Shown in pieces: positions 23,322-24,507 of a stretch of DNA of 24,507 nucleotides. Source of the stretch: Parcubacteria group bacterium GW2011_GWA2_47_8b (GTDB lineage Bacteria; Patescibacteriota; Minisyncoccia; UBA6257; WO2-44-18); contig LCOU01000002.1 in assembly GCA_001003205.1 (NCBI GenBank), positions 1-24,507 of the forward strand. The letters run 5' to 3'. Position 1 is the stretch's first letter. Each line of letters begins with the position of its first letter. A program made the position numbers and the translations under genes. The notes below the pieces were generated by a model. The model saw only the letters and a list, made by a program, of their open reading frames with translations, was not told the DNA's origin and ran no database searches.

Positions 23322-24182
23322 TTAGGGTTGAGTGTTGTTATTCAGATATTGCCGGAACTCTTTGCCCAGTTTTTTGTGATGTAGGCCAAAATAGGCCTGG
23401 GCCTGCATAAGGCCGATCATTGAACCGGCATCAAATCGCTTTCCCTTAAAGTGCCACCCGTAAATCCTGCCACCTTCATATATATAGTTCTTTAACGCGT
23501 CGGCCAAGCCGATTTCTTTGCCGTGATACGGGTAGAGCTTGCCTATCTCATCCAAGATGGCAGGCGTCAGCACATACCTTCCTATAATAGTAAGGTTTGA
23601 CGGCGCTTCGGAGGGTGCCGGTTTTTCTATCACATCGGTAATTGGTATTAGGGATTTACCTGCCTGCCGGCAGGCATGGGACTCTGCCCGCCTCGGGTAG
23701 GCAACTACCCCATAACGTGAAACGGATTTTATAGGGACCGACTCCAGAGCCAGCGTTGGGGAGCCCGTTTTATTGAATAAATCTATTAATGTTTTCATGG
23801 GCGGCTTTTTTTCCACCAGCAAGTCATCGCTGAAACAGACGAGAAACGGCCTGCGTTTTAAATACTTTCTAGCGGCAAATACCGCGTCGCCGTTGCCCCA
23901 GGGATTTTTCTGAACGGCGAGGTCAATTTTTACCTTAGACTTTCGCCATTCCGGATCGGTTTTAATAAAATCCAGATATTTTTTAAATTCCGGCTGGTTG
24001 GGTTTGGTTACTATTATAATGTGGCGAATTCCCGCCGCCACAATTTCGTCTATTACATAGTGGACCATCGGACGATCAACGATGCCAATCATTGCCTTCG
24101 GCTGATGAAGCGTTAACGGCATCACTCTGGTTCCCAAACCGGCAACCGGCAATACGGCAATCTTAACGGGGTTGACTTTCAT
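23322..24182 (-). CDS. galU: UTP--glucose-1-phosphate uridylyltransferase family nucleotidyltransferase
   Basis: AVLPVAGLGTR...PKAM...DRPMVHY, Q..PWGNGDAV, FSDD, YGVV, EKP and IIGRYVL motifs. Confidence 0.85.
   Translation of the reverse strand: MKVNPVKIAVLPVAGLGTRVMPLTLHQPKAMIGIVDRPMVHYVIDEIVAAGIRHIIIVTKPNQPEFKKYLDFIKTDPEWRKSKVKIDLAVQKNPWGNGDAVFAARKYLKRRPFLVCFSDDLLVEKKPPMKTLIDLFNKTGSPTLALESVPIKSVSRYGVVAYPRRAESHACRQAGKSLIPITDVIEKPAPSEAPSNLTIIGRYVLTPAILDEIGKLYPYHGKEIGLADALKNYIYEGGRIYGWHFKGKRFDAGSMIGLMQAQAYFGLHHKKLGKEFRQYLNNNTQP
23659..23702. repeat. CCTGCC..GGCAGG-family element plus a degenerate second unit inside galU
   Basis: CCTGCCTGCCGGCAGGCATG (23659-23678), then GGACTCTGCCCGCCTCGGGTAGG; gives PRRAESHACRQAG in the protein. 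Confidence 0.8.
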
Positions 24183-24208
24183 ATACTAGTAGTCTAAATT
24201 AATTCTTA

Positions 24209-24507
24209 ATGTTTGTTAACCAAAAGGTTCAAGAAATCAGTTACGCCTTAATTAGGGTTGCCGCGTACATTCGTCGGCAGGATTTACGGCAAAGGATTGA
24301 GCGATTGGCCTTCCAGCTCTTGGAAGACGTTGCCGGACAAGGTTTTGAAAGCGCGCTTAGAACATCCGCCAGTTTGGAACTTTTGATAAACCTCGGAAAA
24401 AACATATATGAGATAGAGCCGGTTAATGCCAAAATCATTACTGGAGAGGTGGAAACGCTGAATGCGGCAATGCGGCAATTGATTGGTTTGGGGGAAATGC
24501 CGAATTT
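24209..24507 (+). CDS. 5' part of a helical hypothetical protein running off the right edge (absent from the ORF track because it has no stop)
   Basis: MFVNQKVQEISYALIRVAAYIRRQDLRQRIERLAFQLLED...NAAMRQLIGLGEMPN is open to the window end; divergent from galU across 26 bp; TAAATT lies 8 nt upstream. Confidence 0.7.
   Translation, partial: MFVNQKVQEISYALIRVAAYIRRQDLRQRIERLAFQLLEDVAGQGFESALRTSASLELLINLGKNIYEIEPVNAKIITGEVETLNAAMRQLIGLGEMPN

Noticed and set aside
24241-24478. Minus-strand ORFs 24241-24438 and 24284-24478
   Set aside because: They are antisense to an uninterrupted plus-strand frame starting at 24209 that reads as an amphipathic helical protein.
1-24507. Alternative genetic code (TGA=Gly) or stop readthrough as the cause of the split genes
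   Set aside because: Conserved genes are intact under the standard code and end at TGA where expected (e.g. metK, yraN); the pgm gap has mixed TAA/TGA/TAG stops and yvcK changes frame.

Overview
A 24.5 kb chromosomal segment of a reduced-genome bacterium, most consistent with Patescibacteria/CPR (Parcubacteria-like). That assignment is inferred from gene content and compact, mostly SD-less gene starts; TGA is used as a stop, so the standard code applies. Housekeeping content: tRNA-Arg, metK, tRNA-Lys, tRNA-Val, yraN, a dedA-glgA-GH57-phospholipase D-yvcK(disrupted) cluster, ftsK-rodZ-like-recA, a split phosphomannomutase/phosphoglucomutase, two RNase H-fold genes, iscS, clpB and galU. No transposase, integrase or CRISPR array was recognised. 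The most unusual part is 3.65-5.92 kb. It holds DnaA-box-like motifs, an intact tRNA-Val nested inside a fragmented tRNA-Val-like gene, and a sigma-70-like ORF lacking region 4. It also holds a yraN gene enclosed by 112-bp inverted repeats, carrying six parS/parS-variant sites plus two TGTTT-GCCGGC-AAACA palindromes inside the CDS, and an extreme density of loop-less perfect palindromes. Across the window, small palindromic or short-repeat elements sit in-frame inside housekeeping genes (GH57, pgm, galU, iscS, yraN, a membrane protein). A 105-bp element with 15-bp terminal inverted repeats splits pgm.
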